A DNA stretch of 64,000 nt from Octopus bimaculoides (Eukaryota): positions 184,497,045 to 184,561,044 of the forward strand of contig NC_068982.1 of assembly GCF_001194135.2 (NCBI RefSeq). Direction: 5' to 3'. Under the pieces are notes generated by a model. The model did not search any database and had not been told where the DNA came from. It saw only the letters and a program-made list of their open reading frames with translations. How positions within the stretch are numbered: position 1 is the stretch's first letter; each line of letters opens with the position of its first letter. The translations under genes were made by a program, and so were the position numbers. Positions 1-13,542 of this stretch are shown one piece after another.

Positions 1-333
1 TGACCTTGAAAAAAGGGATGTCTTTGTAATGCTATTATGAAATTTTAAACAAGGTTAATAGGCTTGGCAGAGGATAAAGAATTCGGATAACCTATTTACA
101 TGATTGCAAGGCTGAAGGCGACATTGTTACAGAATAGAAAACATGTCATTATGCCAAGAATTAAACTGAGACCTGACATCACTCTGCCATCCACCATTAC
201 GCGTTTACTGCTTCCAGTTCATGTAGCTTTCACAATGACAGTTATTAAATCTCGAAGTTAATAATTTAATAAAATAGGACTGATCTTCTCAACTACTTTA
301 TTTGCGCAGAGACTGTTGTATGTTGTTTCAAGA
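1..333 (+). mobile_element. Helitron (PIF1-like helicase) C-terminal fossil
   Basis: 142-333 translates HVIMPRIKLRPDITLPSTITRLLLPVHVAFTMTVIKSRS**FNKIGLIFSTTLFAQRLLYVVSR, matching the Helitron helicase end (IPRI...FPVRLAFAMTINKSQGQT...GQLYVALSR). The upstream LKKG..VMLL motif is frameshifted. Confidence 0.75.
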
Positions 334-481
334 ACAATATACAGTGTGAAACAGATATAGTGACAATGTCGAAAAAAATACCATTATTGAATAAACTGAA
401 GTTTCCCAGTTTTAAAACTTCCTTCTTAACTTTTATATCACCCGGACACTAAATTCAAATAAATTTAGGACTTCTATTAAA

Positions 482-1250
482 GAAACAGAGAGTTTAATTG
501 TAGCAACCCAAGATCAAGCGATAAAAACAAACAACTTAAGAAAAAATATATATGGAGGAAATGTGTCAAAAAAATTGTAGAGCCTGTGGAACTTGGAACG
601 AGAGAGTGGCACACATCGTAGAAGAATGCCCCAAGTTGGCACAAGAAGAGTACAAGAAATGGAGGCATGACCCAGGTTGTAAAAGTTTTACACTGGAAAC
701 TTTGTTAGAAATGGAGATTTGAAGCTGGAAAGACATGGGGCAATCATCGAGTCGAAAGATTCCTGGAGTCGGAGAAATGTAAGATTTTATGGGACTTTCT
801 TATTTAAACGGACAATAAGTTAGAATATAATAGACCGGACATAACAATTATAGATAAGGAAAAACGAATTTGCTTACTAATCGATCCATCAAGCCCGTTT
901 GATTCCAGGATCGAAAGAAAGAAGACGAAAAACAAAATAATACAATCCATTAACATTTGAAATAGGAAGAATTTCGTGTGTGAGAACTGTAAAGGTTGTA
1001 CCGATAATAACTGGTGCGTTGGGAACAGTAAGCAAAGATATAGACAAACGGCTGAAGGAGAGTGGAATAGAATGCCCTGTAGATCTCCTACAGAAAGTTT
1101 CTCTCTTAGGGACAGCGAGGATTATCTGGAGGGTTCTAAGCACTTGAAACATTAATTAAAACTTGTGGATACCTAAGGTTACAGGTAGTAACTCGCTACC
1201 CACATAAATCCTACCAGGAATAAGACCGAACCTGAGTCAAACCAAATAAT
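482..1250 (+). mobile_element. R4/Dong-type (RLE) non-LTR retrotransposon 3' fragment, decayed
   Basis: With stops and frameshifts: ETESLIVATQDQAIKTN, CRAC...HIVEEC zinc knuckle, RHD, RPDITIIDK, VVPIITGALGTV, LQKVSLLGTARII; stop at 1145-1147. Confidence 0.85.
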
Positions 1251-2599
1251 AGTCAATGTTGAATGCCTTGATGCAGTACCAGGCACTGGCTCTCATGGCT
1301 TCTGATCTTAACTGATTGGAAGTGTTATCAAGTACGTTTTGTCTTGGTGCAAAAGATGGGCTACAGCAAATATTCTGCTCAATACCACAGATTTGCTTGT
1401 CAGTTGTTTGACCTTAACCAGTTGAGCATGTCCCTTGGTGGCTGATGATACGTGCATCTCTGATTAGGAGCAGAAGTAGTGGGGAGCCTCATAACTATGT
1501 GTTGAGAGGATTTCTTTGGGGTTTAAATAATTCACCTTTGGAAACACGGGTGTTTTGTTCAACATCTTCAAACAACCCTTATTCAAGGACCTTTTGAGCG
1601 GATGGGCTACTCGACCTGAAGATAATTCTAACTGGGCCCAAACTGCAAGGTCATGCGCTGTTTATCTTGATATGAGATCACTATGTCGTGCACATATGGT
1701 CGTGATGCATGTGCCTGGTGTACTCTTATTAGACGTGTAGTCATGATGGGTATATTGGGCTTCATATATTTGTACCCCAATGTCACTTTGATGGCATGCG
1801 CTACTCTCCGAATGTTGACTACATCTTAGCCAGGTAGGAATCTCTTTCATCACGTTTCTTCAGTTTATTTCACGTACTTCAGTAGTTACTATATGTTAAA
1901 TGTAATTTTCTCACATCTCCGTCATAATACTGTTTTACCATTATCGTATCATTTCTATAAAATTATTTCATTGTAGGATTTTATTTATACCATTTTTTAC
2001 TTGCTCCCAATTTCTTACGTTATTTCCAGCCCCTTATTTTATCCTCTACTATGAATAACTATTTCCTATCCCTCATCAATAACCTATACTTAACGATCTA
2101 TTTTATTTATAAATCACTGCAATTTATTTTGGTTATTATTTTAACCATAAGCTCCATTATTCTATTTTCTTGTGTCATTTGGTTCTCTTTTTGACTTATC
2201 GTCGTATCAATTATTTATTAATATAATTCATTTTTTTTTNNNNNNNNNNNNNNNNNNNNNNNNNNNNNNNNNNNNNNNNNNNNNNNNNNNNNNNNNNNNN
2301 NNNNNNNNNNNNNNNNNNNNNNNNNNNNNNNNNNNNNNNNNNNNNNNNNNNNNNNNNNNNNNNNNNNNNNNNNNNNNNNNNNNNNNNNNNNNNNNNNNNN
2401 NNNNNNNNNNNNNNNNNNNNNNNNNNNNNNNNNNNNNNNNNNNNNNNNNNNNNNNNNNNNNNNNNNNNNNNNNNNNNNNNNNNNNNNNNNNNNNNNNNNN
2501 NNNNNNNNNNNNNNNNNNNNNNNNNNNNNNNNNNNNNNNNNNNNNNNNNNNNNNNCTTCGTGTCTTTGTGAGTCACTCCTTTTCTCTATCTCGCAACAT

Positions 2600-3180
2600 C
2601 CTTTCTAAGCCAAGTGTGCTGCTCATCTTTCTTGCCGGATTGGGGTACCTACTTTTCTGCTTCCTGTGGAAGGAAAGCGTTCCACTAGTTAGGTAGTCTA
2701 TCTGCTGACCAAGCCCATCCGAGGCCAGCTCAGGATGCCGTGACTGTTAAGGCGCAGGCGTGTATTGAAGCTGCGTCTCATGCAGAGCTTCTTGGACGGT
2801 GAGCGAGTGTGGTGCCCCGTTCGTAAGGTATATTCTTTATGCAGTTTGTCTCTTTGACGGAGCTGCAGCCTTGAGTCAAGAGAAGACAAGAGGAGGTCAC
2901 TAGGGGACTAGGAACGTTTCCAGGCGCGGTTGGCAGAAGTTCGATGTTGGCAATATATAGCTGTTTGATGGTAGAAAAGCGTGATGATGTCATCGGTGAA
3001 ACTAGTTGGTCAGTTCAGGAGGATTTTCGAACTGGGGAGTACTATAGATAACTTGCAGAAAATCTTGGCTCAGCAATGCTGCCGAAGGTTACAACAGCTT
3101 GCGAACAAAACCAATAGGTACGTAAGTACCGCTGGACAGGATTGTCCGAGATACATGCAGAGAAACCGTTATGCACGCTG
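2600..3180 (-). mobile_element. possible very old APE-endonuclease LINE fragment
   Basis: Weak motifs only (KQLYI; SDLLLSSLDSRLQL, similar to SDHxLV...L); GC-richer than its flanks. Confidence 0.25.
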
Positions 3181-3199
3181 ACTTATGTCGAATAGCTGC

Positions 3200-3840
3200 T
3201 GTCGCTTGAAGGATAGATACAGCAGAGTCCATGAAATGATGGCCTTTCTGTCATTCTCTAATCAGACAGAGCAGGCAGTTTTCCTCTGGTTGTGACGAAC
3301 GAAGGCCCTAACTTTTTGTTTATGTCATCTGGATGACTAGATCAGTATGGGTTCACCTGAAACCAGTGAGCCTTGCGATCCACCGAAACTTGTGCTTTCG
3401 GTATTCTGTGATCACATCGTTCACGCCACTCCGTTCTCAGTTAGCTCGTTTTGAGTATGCTCCTACAACAATGTTCTAAGTATGGAACTTTCCATGCCAC
3501 TCTGTGTCGTAGCCAGTTCTTTTTCCTTTCTTCACAGTCGCCCGTGTCTCACTTGTGTATACAAGCGCAAGTTCGACGGTACTATTGAAGAGACTGGTAT
3601 TCAGGATCTTGTCTAGCTTTGCTTTGAATACATATTTAATTGAGGCAAATGATTTCCATCCTGCTCTTGCTCTGCACAAGATCTCAGCGTCCATGTCTTC
3701 GCATATATTTACTGTCTGTCCTAAGTAGACAAACTCCTTCACCACAATTCCATCACTTCCTACTACCACTACTTGGCCTAGAGGTACGTTTTCGGATCGC
3801 ATGTATGTTTTCATATGATCTATTTTGAGACCGATTGCAG
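3200..3840 (-). mobile_element. RTE-clade LINE, RT C-terminal part
   Basis: IGLKIDHMKTYM...VKEFVYLGQ...RARAGWKSF...LFNSTVELALVYTSET...ERSGVNDVITEYRKHKFRW, typical of RTE RT domains 6-9. Confidence 0.85.
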
Positions 3841-4165
3841 GTTCTCGGAAGAACTACAGCAAGATGGAACACATTTACTCTAACACAGCTTCAAAATCGA
3901 CAGAAAAAGCATCAGCCAGCTCTTCGCATCGCCTTCGCTGATTACGAAAAAAATGCCTTCAAGAGCATTAGGATGAATCAGTATCAGTAATGTAATTTCT
4001 GGAGATGTAAGGAATTCAGGCACAAGACATCAAACTTCTGAGAGAGGCGAACTCGAGATATACCAATCATAAAACTTTGCAGCCATCACTCGGAAGAGTT
4101 CTAATCAGAGAGGAAATACAATCTCTCCAATATTCGTGTCAAATGTGTTTTGAAATGGTCATGGA
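3837..4165 (+). mobile_element. RTE-clade LINE, RT domains 2-4 (inverted relative to 3200-3840)
   Basis: AGSRKNYSKMEHI (frameshift) TLTQLQNRQKKHQPALRIAFADYEK...IRE.TISP, similar to QAGFR...DHI...AFVDYEKAFD...RQGDTISP. Confidence 0.8.
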
Positions 4166-5213
4166 AGACGTTGATTAACATGGTTTGAATCTAATTAAAC
4201 TTTGTTGATTATGACTGTTTTTTTAAAATTATTATTTCTTCCTTCATGCAAAAGTCTGAAGATCCTCCTTGTTTTTTTTCCTTTATGGTAAGTTGACTTT
4301 ATGATGTGCTCCACTGCGTTTCGTCGTCCACCTGTAAAAGCAAACATATCTTATCCCAACCACAAACATTTATTCTTCGAACAAGTCATATCAGAATTGC
4401 CATGACTGAAGCTTATTCTTAATCCGGATTTTTTACGATAATTCTAATTGTTTGTATAACTCAGTTTAAAGCTTTTCTTCGACACTTGGATAAATTTTCA
4501 TCAGCACTTAGTGTTGTTGCCAGTTTTTTCCCTCTTATGAAGGGTGACTAATATGGGTGCGTGTGGGATGCATGAATGTTGCTAGCAGTTGCTTAACGTA
4601 TCATCACACATTTGTGCAATAGCGAACCGGTACTAAACGAGGTAGTGCTAAGCGAAGTATTTACTCTTTCTCTGTTTCTATCTTCTTTTTTTATCTATGT
4701 CTATACATACATATATGTGTGTGTGTGTGTGTGTGTTTCTCCCTCTACCGCTCTCTCTACCGGCATGGTCACATGCTTCCGGTCAATAATCCTTTCCTTC
4801 CTTGGCTTTCGCCAAGCAACGCACGCACCACTTTGTCCCTCTCTAGTTCGTGCCTCATCGCGTTCATACACACATAATTTTTCTCGTCTGGCCGTAAAGC
4901 CTTTTCTGTTTGTTTTCCTGTCTTGTTTTTTGTCCGCCACTACATTCCTCCATGGCTAGATTTAATTTGCGTATACAAATTTAATCTGCGATCCATGGGA
5001 CGAGCCGTTTTAACGATGCGTCCTNNNNNNNNNNNNNNNNNNNNNNNNNNNNNNNNNNNNNNNNNNNNNNNNNNNNNNNNNNNNNNNNNNNNNNNNNNNN
5101 NNNNNNNNNNNNNNNNNNNNNNNNNNNNNNNNNNNNNNNNNNNNNNNNNNNNNNNNNNNNNNNNNNNNNNNNNNNNNNNNNNNNNNNNNNNNNNNNNNNN
5201 NNNNNNNNNNNNN

Positions 5214-5264
<51 letters not shown>

Positions 5265-6506
5265 CATACATACACACACACATATATACATAACGTATAT
5301 GTGTGTGTATGTATATATAGTTATATATTTATCTATTTATAACACGTTTCAAAAGAGAAGTCGATCGATATCACGTTTTGTATCAAGTTTCAGCAAGGAC
5401 TGATTGACCTCCGACTATCCACATATATCAGAGCTTCAAAAGAAAGAGCCAGGCTACATGCGTAGAGAGCTTGGAGGCATCATTATGAAATTACTTTCTC
5501 TTCACACATGCATATTATTCCTGTTTGATCTCTAACTAATTATTATGCAGTCTTGCCAAGCTGTAACGTGATGTGTTTGTAAATCAAATACAAATGTTTT
5601 GATATCTAATTGCTTATGTTCATTTATTTATCTCTAGTCAACTTACTAACTGGCTGTAACGGTTAGATTATGACTTCGGTGATGAGGTTTAATAAGACCA
5701 GAACACACCTAGAGTTGTCACCCTGCTTTCCAAATATCACAGCCTTTCTACTACAATTTTTTTCTTTTTACAATTTAAACTCCCCTTTTATAAACTGTTA
5801 GCGATAGGAGCAGAGTCCACTTTAGATTAGATGTGCTAATTATCCCCCATTCTTTCAAGACGAATATTTTTTCTTCTAGCATGGAGGTAATTTGAATTAA
5901 AATCTCTTGGCATACTACGTTAAGTTAACACAGAGTTTTACATTTTATCCATCTATTTCTCTCTTTACCCACCACACTTCTTTGTATCTATATTTCATTA
6001 TTTCACATCCATTTATATATGAAATATTGGCGATGAGATCACCCCACTCATTGAATGGAGCGTAGGAACAGGTGTATTTAATACAGTTAAGTATTCACTT
6101 TGGATGTTCTTTATGTACAATTTTTGGTTTAAAGAAGATGGTAGAAGAATTTCCAGGTAGAGGCTCTCTGAGGAAAAAAAGAAATGGGCAGTACAGACTT
6201 GATCTGTTCCTTCGAGTTAAATGTACTTGTATATCTTCTGGACTCAATGTCTTTCAAAGCTAATAATTTCCCAAGCTCGCTCTTTCTTACAGAGAAATAC
6301 TGGGGTCAGAGGGAGTTATACCTTTACAGAGCGTTAAAGCTAAGCAGCACCAAGTTCGGGTTTCTAATCTATATAATCTCTTGCCATGGCCCTTTGAACC
6401 CGCGAGTACACGTTTAGCGATCGCAATTTGACTTGACTTTTATATAACTATGGAAGATGCAATAGTCGGCAGCTACATGGTTTTGTGCTGATATAGTTTG
6501 CTAATC

Positions 6507-6731
6507 GGCAGAAACGTTAGCACGCCAGGCAAAATGCTTAGCGGTATTTCGTCTGCCGTTACGTTCTGAGTTCAAATTCCGCCGAGGTCGACTTTGCCTT
6601 TCATCCTTTCGGGGTGATTAAATAACTACCAGTTACGCACTGGAGTCGACATAATCAACTTAATCCATTTGTCTGTCCTTGTTTGTCCCCTCTGTGTGTA
6701 GCCCCTTGTGGGCAGTAAAGAAATAAGAAAC
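6507..6731 (+). mobile_element. SINE family A (tRNA-like head, gccgaggtcgactttgcctttcatcctttcggggtcgat core), A1 tail
   Basis: B-box-like GAGTTCAAATTC; the same core recurs at least 9 times in the window. It resembles the Deu/Nin SINE domain (from recall). Confidence 0.85.
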
Positions 6732-7332
6732 ATTATTATTTTCAGCCGTAAAAACAAAACCAGCGGTCACCTGCTTTTGCGTCTCCGAGAGATATGGGCA
6801 AACGATATCGCATCCGCTAGAGCACACACACGGTTTCGAAGGGTTGAGAAATCTGGAAGAGACGTCACGTGTCAAGTCGATGAAACCAACATCCCGAGAC
6901 CATTTCCTCAGCGGGAGCTCAACTCAGAATCTATAGGGCCGCACTGCACACCACAGTGCAATATTTTTGTTCGACACTCTAACGATTCTAGCATAACTTG
7001 GCTGAAAAAAAAAGAAGCAAATCAGACATTATGGATCCACTGTAGATGAGATGGAAATGCGGGGAGAACAATCTACCCTCAATCCACTCATTTCAAACGG
7101 GATGAAATAAAGAAGACAGACGAAGAATAATTAAGGTTTGAACTGCGACATTTACATATTTACAATGAAAACATACAGTTGTAGTTCTTTTTTTATTGTA
7201 ATATGTGGAAGTGTGTGTTGATTAGTAGAGTAGGTTTTTGTCAGCATCACAGATTAAAAAGGTTTCTCGCATTTTTAATATTGGTAGACTACCATTATTG
7301 TTGAAAATTGTCAATTAGTTCAATGTTTAACA

Positions 7333-7391
<59 letters not shown>

Positions 7392-7984
7392 CTTATGTAT
7401 ATATTATATATACACACATATATACACATATATATACATACATATACATATATACACATACACATACACACATATATATATACATACATATATACATACA
7501 TACATATATACATACACATATATTATAAATCATTTATTAATCAGCTTCATTAATTTTTTTTAATGTTTCATTAATTATTTTTTTTTTTTTACAGCTGACC
7601 ACCACCTCATTGGTCACAAGAAACAAAAGGCCCTCCCCCGCCTCGGGAGGGAAATAAAATAAAAACTCCACCATTACCACCATCATAATCATCATCATCA
7701 TCATTACACCACCAGTGTCACAAACTGGGTGTAACACGCTGCTGTTTTTGCTGTCTTCTATTGGTTTCAGCTACTGGCCTGCAGCCACACTGGAGTATAG
7801 TCGCTCATTCTGCTTTGGTAGTTAAAGGTAGAACGGCAAAGCCAGTTTGGGCTGTGAAGAGATTTAACAAGGACGGAACAAAAATAACACGGATGTTTTT
7901 TTCTGTTTTTCTTTTGCAATTTTGCAACCAATTAACAATATGCACGCATACACACACACAAACATACATGTAAGTAAATTAGGT

Positions 7985-8337
7985 ATCATTATCATCATCA
8001 TCATCGTTTAACGTCCGCTTTCCATGCTAGCATGGGCTGAATGATTTGACTGAGGACTGGTGAACCAGGTGGCTACACCAGGCTCCAATCTGATTTGTCA
8101 GAGATTCTACAGCTGGATGCCCTTCCTAACGCCAACCACTCCGAGAGTGTAGTGGGTGCTTTTACGTGCCACTGGCACGAAGGCCAGTCAGGCGGTACTG
8201 GTAATGGCCACGCTCGAAATGGTGTCTTTTACGTGCCACCTGCACAGGAGCCAGTCCAACGGCACTGGCAACGATCTCGCTCGAATGTCTTTACACGTGC
8301 CAGGGCACAGGTGCCATCACGATTTCGCTTCGTTTTC
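7985..8337 (-). mobile_element. RTE-tail non-autonomous element ending (ATG)n, with internal ~65-bp repeats
   Basis: catcatcgtttaacgtccgctttccatgctagcatggg...ctggatgcccttcctaacgccaacc; recurs at 21160, 34542 and 34861. Confidence 0.8.
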
Positions 8338-8443
8338 NNNNNNNNNNNNNNNNNNNNNNNNNNNNNNNNNNNNNNNNNNNNNNNNNNNNNNNNNNNNNNN
8401 NNNNNNNNNNNNNNNNNNNNNNNNNNNNNNNNNNNNNNNNNNN

Positions 8444-8488
<45 letters not shown>

Positions 8489-9219
8489 GAAGAAGGTAGA
8501 TGAGAGACAGAGAAAGAAAGGAGAAGAGATGACAGTGATGTTGATGATGTTAGGAATGAGGTGGTTGGTAAAAATGGCTATAACTATTTACCCAATACAA
8601 ATGGAACAATCATTTTGGGTATTTCAAAATAAATAAGGAGAAAAATAAGGAAGAGTGAAAAGTAAATTTATCAGCAAAATCGAAAATAAAAAGGATTTAA
8701 GAAAAAAAAAACCGATAGAGAAAATATTTTGTTGAAATAATTCTTCAAGAAAACAACACAAGTTTTCCTGTATCGGTGGTGGCAGCGAATAATTATAATC
8801 TGATGCTCAAAATATTTTTGCCAATAACTTCCAGTTTGTTTGTTTGTTTGTATGTATGTATGTACGTACGTACGTATGTATGTATGTATACTTACACATG
8901 TTCACTCCCCATTCAACCACCGTTGTATATTTCACTGGCTGAAATTTTGAGCTGTTATTCTTTAGATTCTGCGCATACACGGTTCTTCACCTGGCACAGC
9001 CACAATGAAACAAATACAATACAGATGTATTCTATTCTGTCACTGTTTTTATCCTGCCGTGGATGTTCATTCAAGACACCGATATACAGAGAAAGTCATG
9101 GAAATTTATGAGTAACGGATAACGGATTCAGCCAATTAAATTACATATACTCTACAACTTGAGTTGAGTACATTTTCTCCCGTTTGTTTAAAATAATGAT
9201 ATACAAATACATACATAAA

Positions 9220-9252
<33 letters not shown>

Positions 9253-9791
9253 NNNNNNNNNNNNNNNNNNNNNNNNNNNNNNNNNNNNNNNNNNNNNNNN
9301 NNNNNNNNNNNNNNNNNNNNNNNNNNNNNNNNNNNNNNNNNNNNNNNNNNNNNNNNNNNNNNNNNNNNNNNNNNNNNNNNNNNNNNNNNNNNNNNNNNNN
9401 NNNNNNNNNNNNNNNNNNNNNNNNNNNNNNNNNNNNNNNNNNNNNNNNNNNNNNNNNNNNNNNTACATGAGATACATATACACATAATATATATCATTCT
9501 TTTACTAGTTACAGTGTGTGTGTGTGTGTGTATATATATGCCAACAGAGAAATAACAAAAAAATGGCGATTGTACATCACGAGAGATTTTTAATATTTTT
9601 TTCCGTCTTGTTGTTGAGGAGAAATCTTTTGATTTCATAATTCCTTTCGTTTTTTACATTTTGTTTGTTTTCTTCTTTTTTCTTTTCTTTTTATTAACTT
9701 TTTTTTTGTCATTTTGGTTTTCATTTTTTAAACCTCTTAATGTTTTTTGATTAACAGCAGTCAAGAACACATTTCTTTATCGTATTCTAAG

Positions 9792-9832
<41 letters not shown>

Positions 9833-10347
9833 TATTATTATTATTATTATTATTATTAAAGTCATGTTTATGCTAAGATTCATAAGTCCACACACATATG
9901 TGTGTGTGAGTGTACACACACACACACATATGATGATCAGATAAAAAAAAAACAACAAAATACTCCATAGTATGTACATTCTCATCACAGACACAAACTG
10001 ACACAACATGCGACTAAACACGCTCACATCATCATTTGAAATATAATATACATACACGCACACACACATACATGTATATATAAGGGGAAACAGGCACACG
10101 TATAGAGACACACGCACACACATTCCTTAGAGACCTGTCTTCCATAACAATATTGTATCTAATAATAGTAATGACAGTAATATCGACAACAGTAGTAGTT
10201 GTAGTAGCAGCAGCAGCAGCAGTAGTAGTTGTGGTAGTGGTAGTAGTAGTGGATGTGAGATATATCCCCCGATGATTCGTATTGTAGTCAAAACCAAATA
10301 CAAAAGACAAATGTTCTAATGATTGTTTCATATAATGTGTGTGTGTT

Positions 10348-10384
<37 letters not shown>

Positions 10385-10394
10385 NNNNNNNNNN

Positions 10395-10431
<37 letters not shown>

Positions 10432-10659
10432 CACACATATATATTGGTATTTATACGTGCGTGTGCTAATGTATACTTATGTGTACAACATTCAAGTGTT
10501 TTAATGGCTGCCAAATCTTAACTTTCTCCAGAGAGGTCGGCATATCGTGCATACATACAGATATATATCTTGTCTATCATTCTCTGTGAATGTCAGTCTG
10601 TTTATGCTTAAGTCTATTTATCCCCTACCCACTCTCCCTTTCTCCTCTTCCCTCTACAT

Positions 10660-10708
<49 letters not shown>

Positions 10709-11557
10709 ACACACGCATACAAGTTCATACAGAGAAAGAGAGGGAGAGCAAGGGATAGGGTGAATCATCAAAATTGCAAGATCAAAACCAAAGAGACTGC
10801 GGACGTAGGTGTACGGCGATAGTGAGAGCAGTATTTTCTCTTCTTTTCATAGAAGTTTGTACATCTGTACATGTGATTTAATGATGAATGACACACGACA
10901 GATTATTACAGGTAATGATTCACAGTATATATATAAACAAGGCACAGGAACAACTGTAAGACATATTCACTATTAAAGGAAATCTATTAAAATATATAAA
11001 TGCCTAACTCTGTGTATGTGTGTACGTGCTTGTTATAAAAACGTATACGCATACTTACTGTTTTGTCTGTGTATGTACACATAAACATGTTTATATCTAT
11101 GATTACATAATCCAACGACAGTCTTATATATGAGGAAATTTGGTTGCTATTTCTAGGATGACGAGCGACCACACATAAAGTATGTCTATTGTAAGTAATT
11201 GTGAACTCTCCTGTCGTAGATAACAGATTAGGGTTTCGCAATTCTTGATTAACAACCTGCACAGATGTGCGGGCTACATTGGGATATTTCGACAGGTGTC
11301 TGTATGTATGTACGTTTGTGTTATGTGTCCATAAACATGTCTGTGTGTCTCAATATATGCACGAGACTGCATGCCTTTGATGTATATGTGCAAATACCCA
11401 ATCCTGTGAGTAGCTTCCCCTAATAGAACATATTGAATATCAACCATTTTCCTCTTTAAATAAGTCAAACCACCTAACTTCTTCCAGCCATCAAATTCTA
11501 ATTTTTGGGCTCTGTAAACCTACTAAAGCTAAACTTTATGAAATTTGCCTTCAGTAT

Positions 11558-11723
11558 AGACGCAGGCGTGGCTATGTAGTAAGAAGCTTGCTTATCAACC
11601 ATATAGTTCCGGGTTCAGTCCCACTGCGTGACACCTTGGGCTAATATCTTCTACTGCATAGCCTCGGGCCGACCAAAGCCTTGTGAGTGGATTTGGTAGA
11701 TGGAAACTGAAAGAAGTCCGTCG

Positions 11724-11774
<51 letters not shown>

Positions 11775-11958
11775 TTCTCTCTCCACCATCGCTGGACAAC
11801 CGACGTTGGTGTGGTCACGTCCCCGAAACTTAGCGGTTCGGCAAAGGAGACCATAGAATACTAGGCTTACAAAGAATAAGTCCTGGGATCGATTTGTTCG
11901 ACTAAAGGCGGTGCTCCAGTATGGTCACAGTGAAATGGCTGAAACGAGTAAAAGAGTA
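11558..11958 (+). mobile_element. SINE family B (tRNA-like head, CORE-like gcaccttgggcaagtgtc segment, internal microsatellite, gagtaaaagag tail)
   Basis: B-box GGGTTCAGTCC; family recurs about 10 times. The CORE-domain resemblance is from recall. Confidence 0.85.
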
Positions 11959-12096
11959 ATGGAGTATCCCCAAAACTCTTTTTCTATAAAAAGGTCTTCC
12001 CTCATTTTACCACCTTAAGGTTAATACAAAGAGTTAAAAACCCAACAAGTATTCTTTAAGTTTACATTTCTTGTGATCATTAATTCCCGAACAAAT

Positions 12097-12489
12097 AGGT
12101 GCAGGCATGGCTCCATGGTAGGAAGCTTGTTATCCAATCACACGGTTCCAGGTTCAGTTTTACAGCATGGTGGTCCTTGGACAAGTGTCTTCTACTTATA
12201 GTCTCGGGTTGACCAAAGCCTTGTCAGTGGATTTGGTAGACGGAAACTGAAAGAAGCCCAGCCGTGAGTGTGTGTGCATGCGTCTGTGTTTGTCCCCCAC
12301 CCGCCGTCACTTGAGAACCAGTGTTGGTATGTTTATGTATCCGTGAATTTGCGGTTCGGCAAAAGAGACTGATAGAATAAGTACTAGGCTTTAAAGAAAA
12401 AGTCCTGAGATCGATTTGTTCGATGAAACTCTTCAAAGAGGTGCCACATCATAGCCGCAGTCAAATGACTGAATAAAAAAAAAAAAAAA
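12097..12489 (+). mobile_element. SINE family B
   Basis: Collinear with 11558-11958 and ends in an A-run. Confidence 0.85.
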
Positions 12490-12960
12490 GATGCCAACCG
12501 AAAATATCCATTTCAATAACGTCCTTAAAATATCCATTTCAATTACAGCTATATACATTTTTACCATTTCCTCAGTCCACATTTACTGATCTCCAGAATG
12601 TGACTTTGTCATTGTCCAGCCTCCCAGGTGAGCTTTAGTAGTTATATATGGAACCCAAACAATAAAGCTGACAATAAAGTCGCCTGATTAAGCGGAAATG
12701 TGAAATTGGAAACAACTCAATGAAACCCAGTTTTGAATGAATCTCTTCGACTCTACATCATTGTACTCCGTACTTCTGAAGATGGCGTTTATGCTACTAG
12801 TAACTCTGTCGCTGTTGACTCCGGAGCCAGTTAATTTATTATTGAAGGCATTGCAACTGTGACCCATCTTATTATCAGACACTGTCTCTATGGTTACATA
12901 ATCCAATGACAAAGACTTATATGAGGAAATTTGATTGGCACTTCTAGTATGTCGAGTGAC

Positions 12961-13203
12961 CAGCAGTCACCCATGCATACCAGCATCTCTTCTCCATGCC
13001 ACCGATGTTATCCAAGAGAAAGGCAAATGCTGATACAGCTTGGCATCAGAGACGTCACAACTTATTTCTACAGCTGAGTGATTAAGAGCAACGTGAAATA
13101 AGTGTCTTGCTCAAGAACACAACACACAGCCCGGCCTGGAATCGAACTCACTACTTTATGATTGTAAGCCTGACGCTTTAACCACTGATCCATGCGCATC
13201 CAC
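12961..13203 (-). mobile_element. SINE family C (tRNA head, ttcttgagcaagacactt segment)
   Basis: ggaatcgaactc B box; body shared with 42204-42540. Confidence 0.8.
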
Positions 13204-13379
13204 ACAAAAAGTACGTCTGTTATAAATAATTGTGGGTTCTCCAGTCGTAGATGACATATAAGGGTTCCGCAATTTCTTCTTGATTAACAACCTGCACAGA
13301 TGATTTTTCTTATAGTTAACAAAATGTCTGCACTGTGCATTAGTTCACTCCCTCCACAAAATTGACATAGCTTGTCAGA

Positions 13380-13542
13380 TGCACGGTGAACCGTACGTCA
13401 GATGTCGAAGTGATTGCAGAGAGCAACGTGAAAATGAAAGTATTTTGCTCAAGAACACAATGCAGTGCTAGGTTCAGGAATCGAAACTACGATCTTACGG
13501 CCGTGAGTGCGACACTCTAACCGCTAGGCCACGCACCCTCAC
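13380..13542 (-). mobile_element. SINE family C fragment
   Basis: gcaacgtgaaa...gctcaagaacacaa...ggaatcgaaac. Confidence 0.7.

Noticed and set aside
4220-4515. Possible Tc1/mariner fragment on the minus strand
   Set aside because: Only vague similarity and no diagnostic motif.
4949-4998. Short hairpin agatttaatttg-cgtata-caaatttaatct bracketed by ccatgg
   Set aside because: A 12-bp AT-rich stem with a mismatch is plausible by chance.
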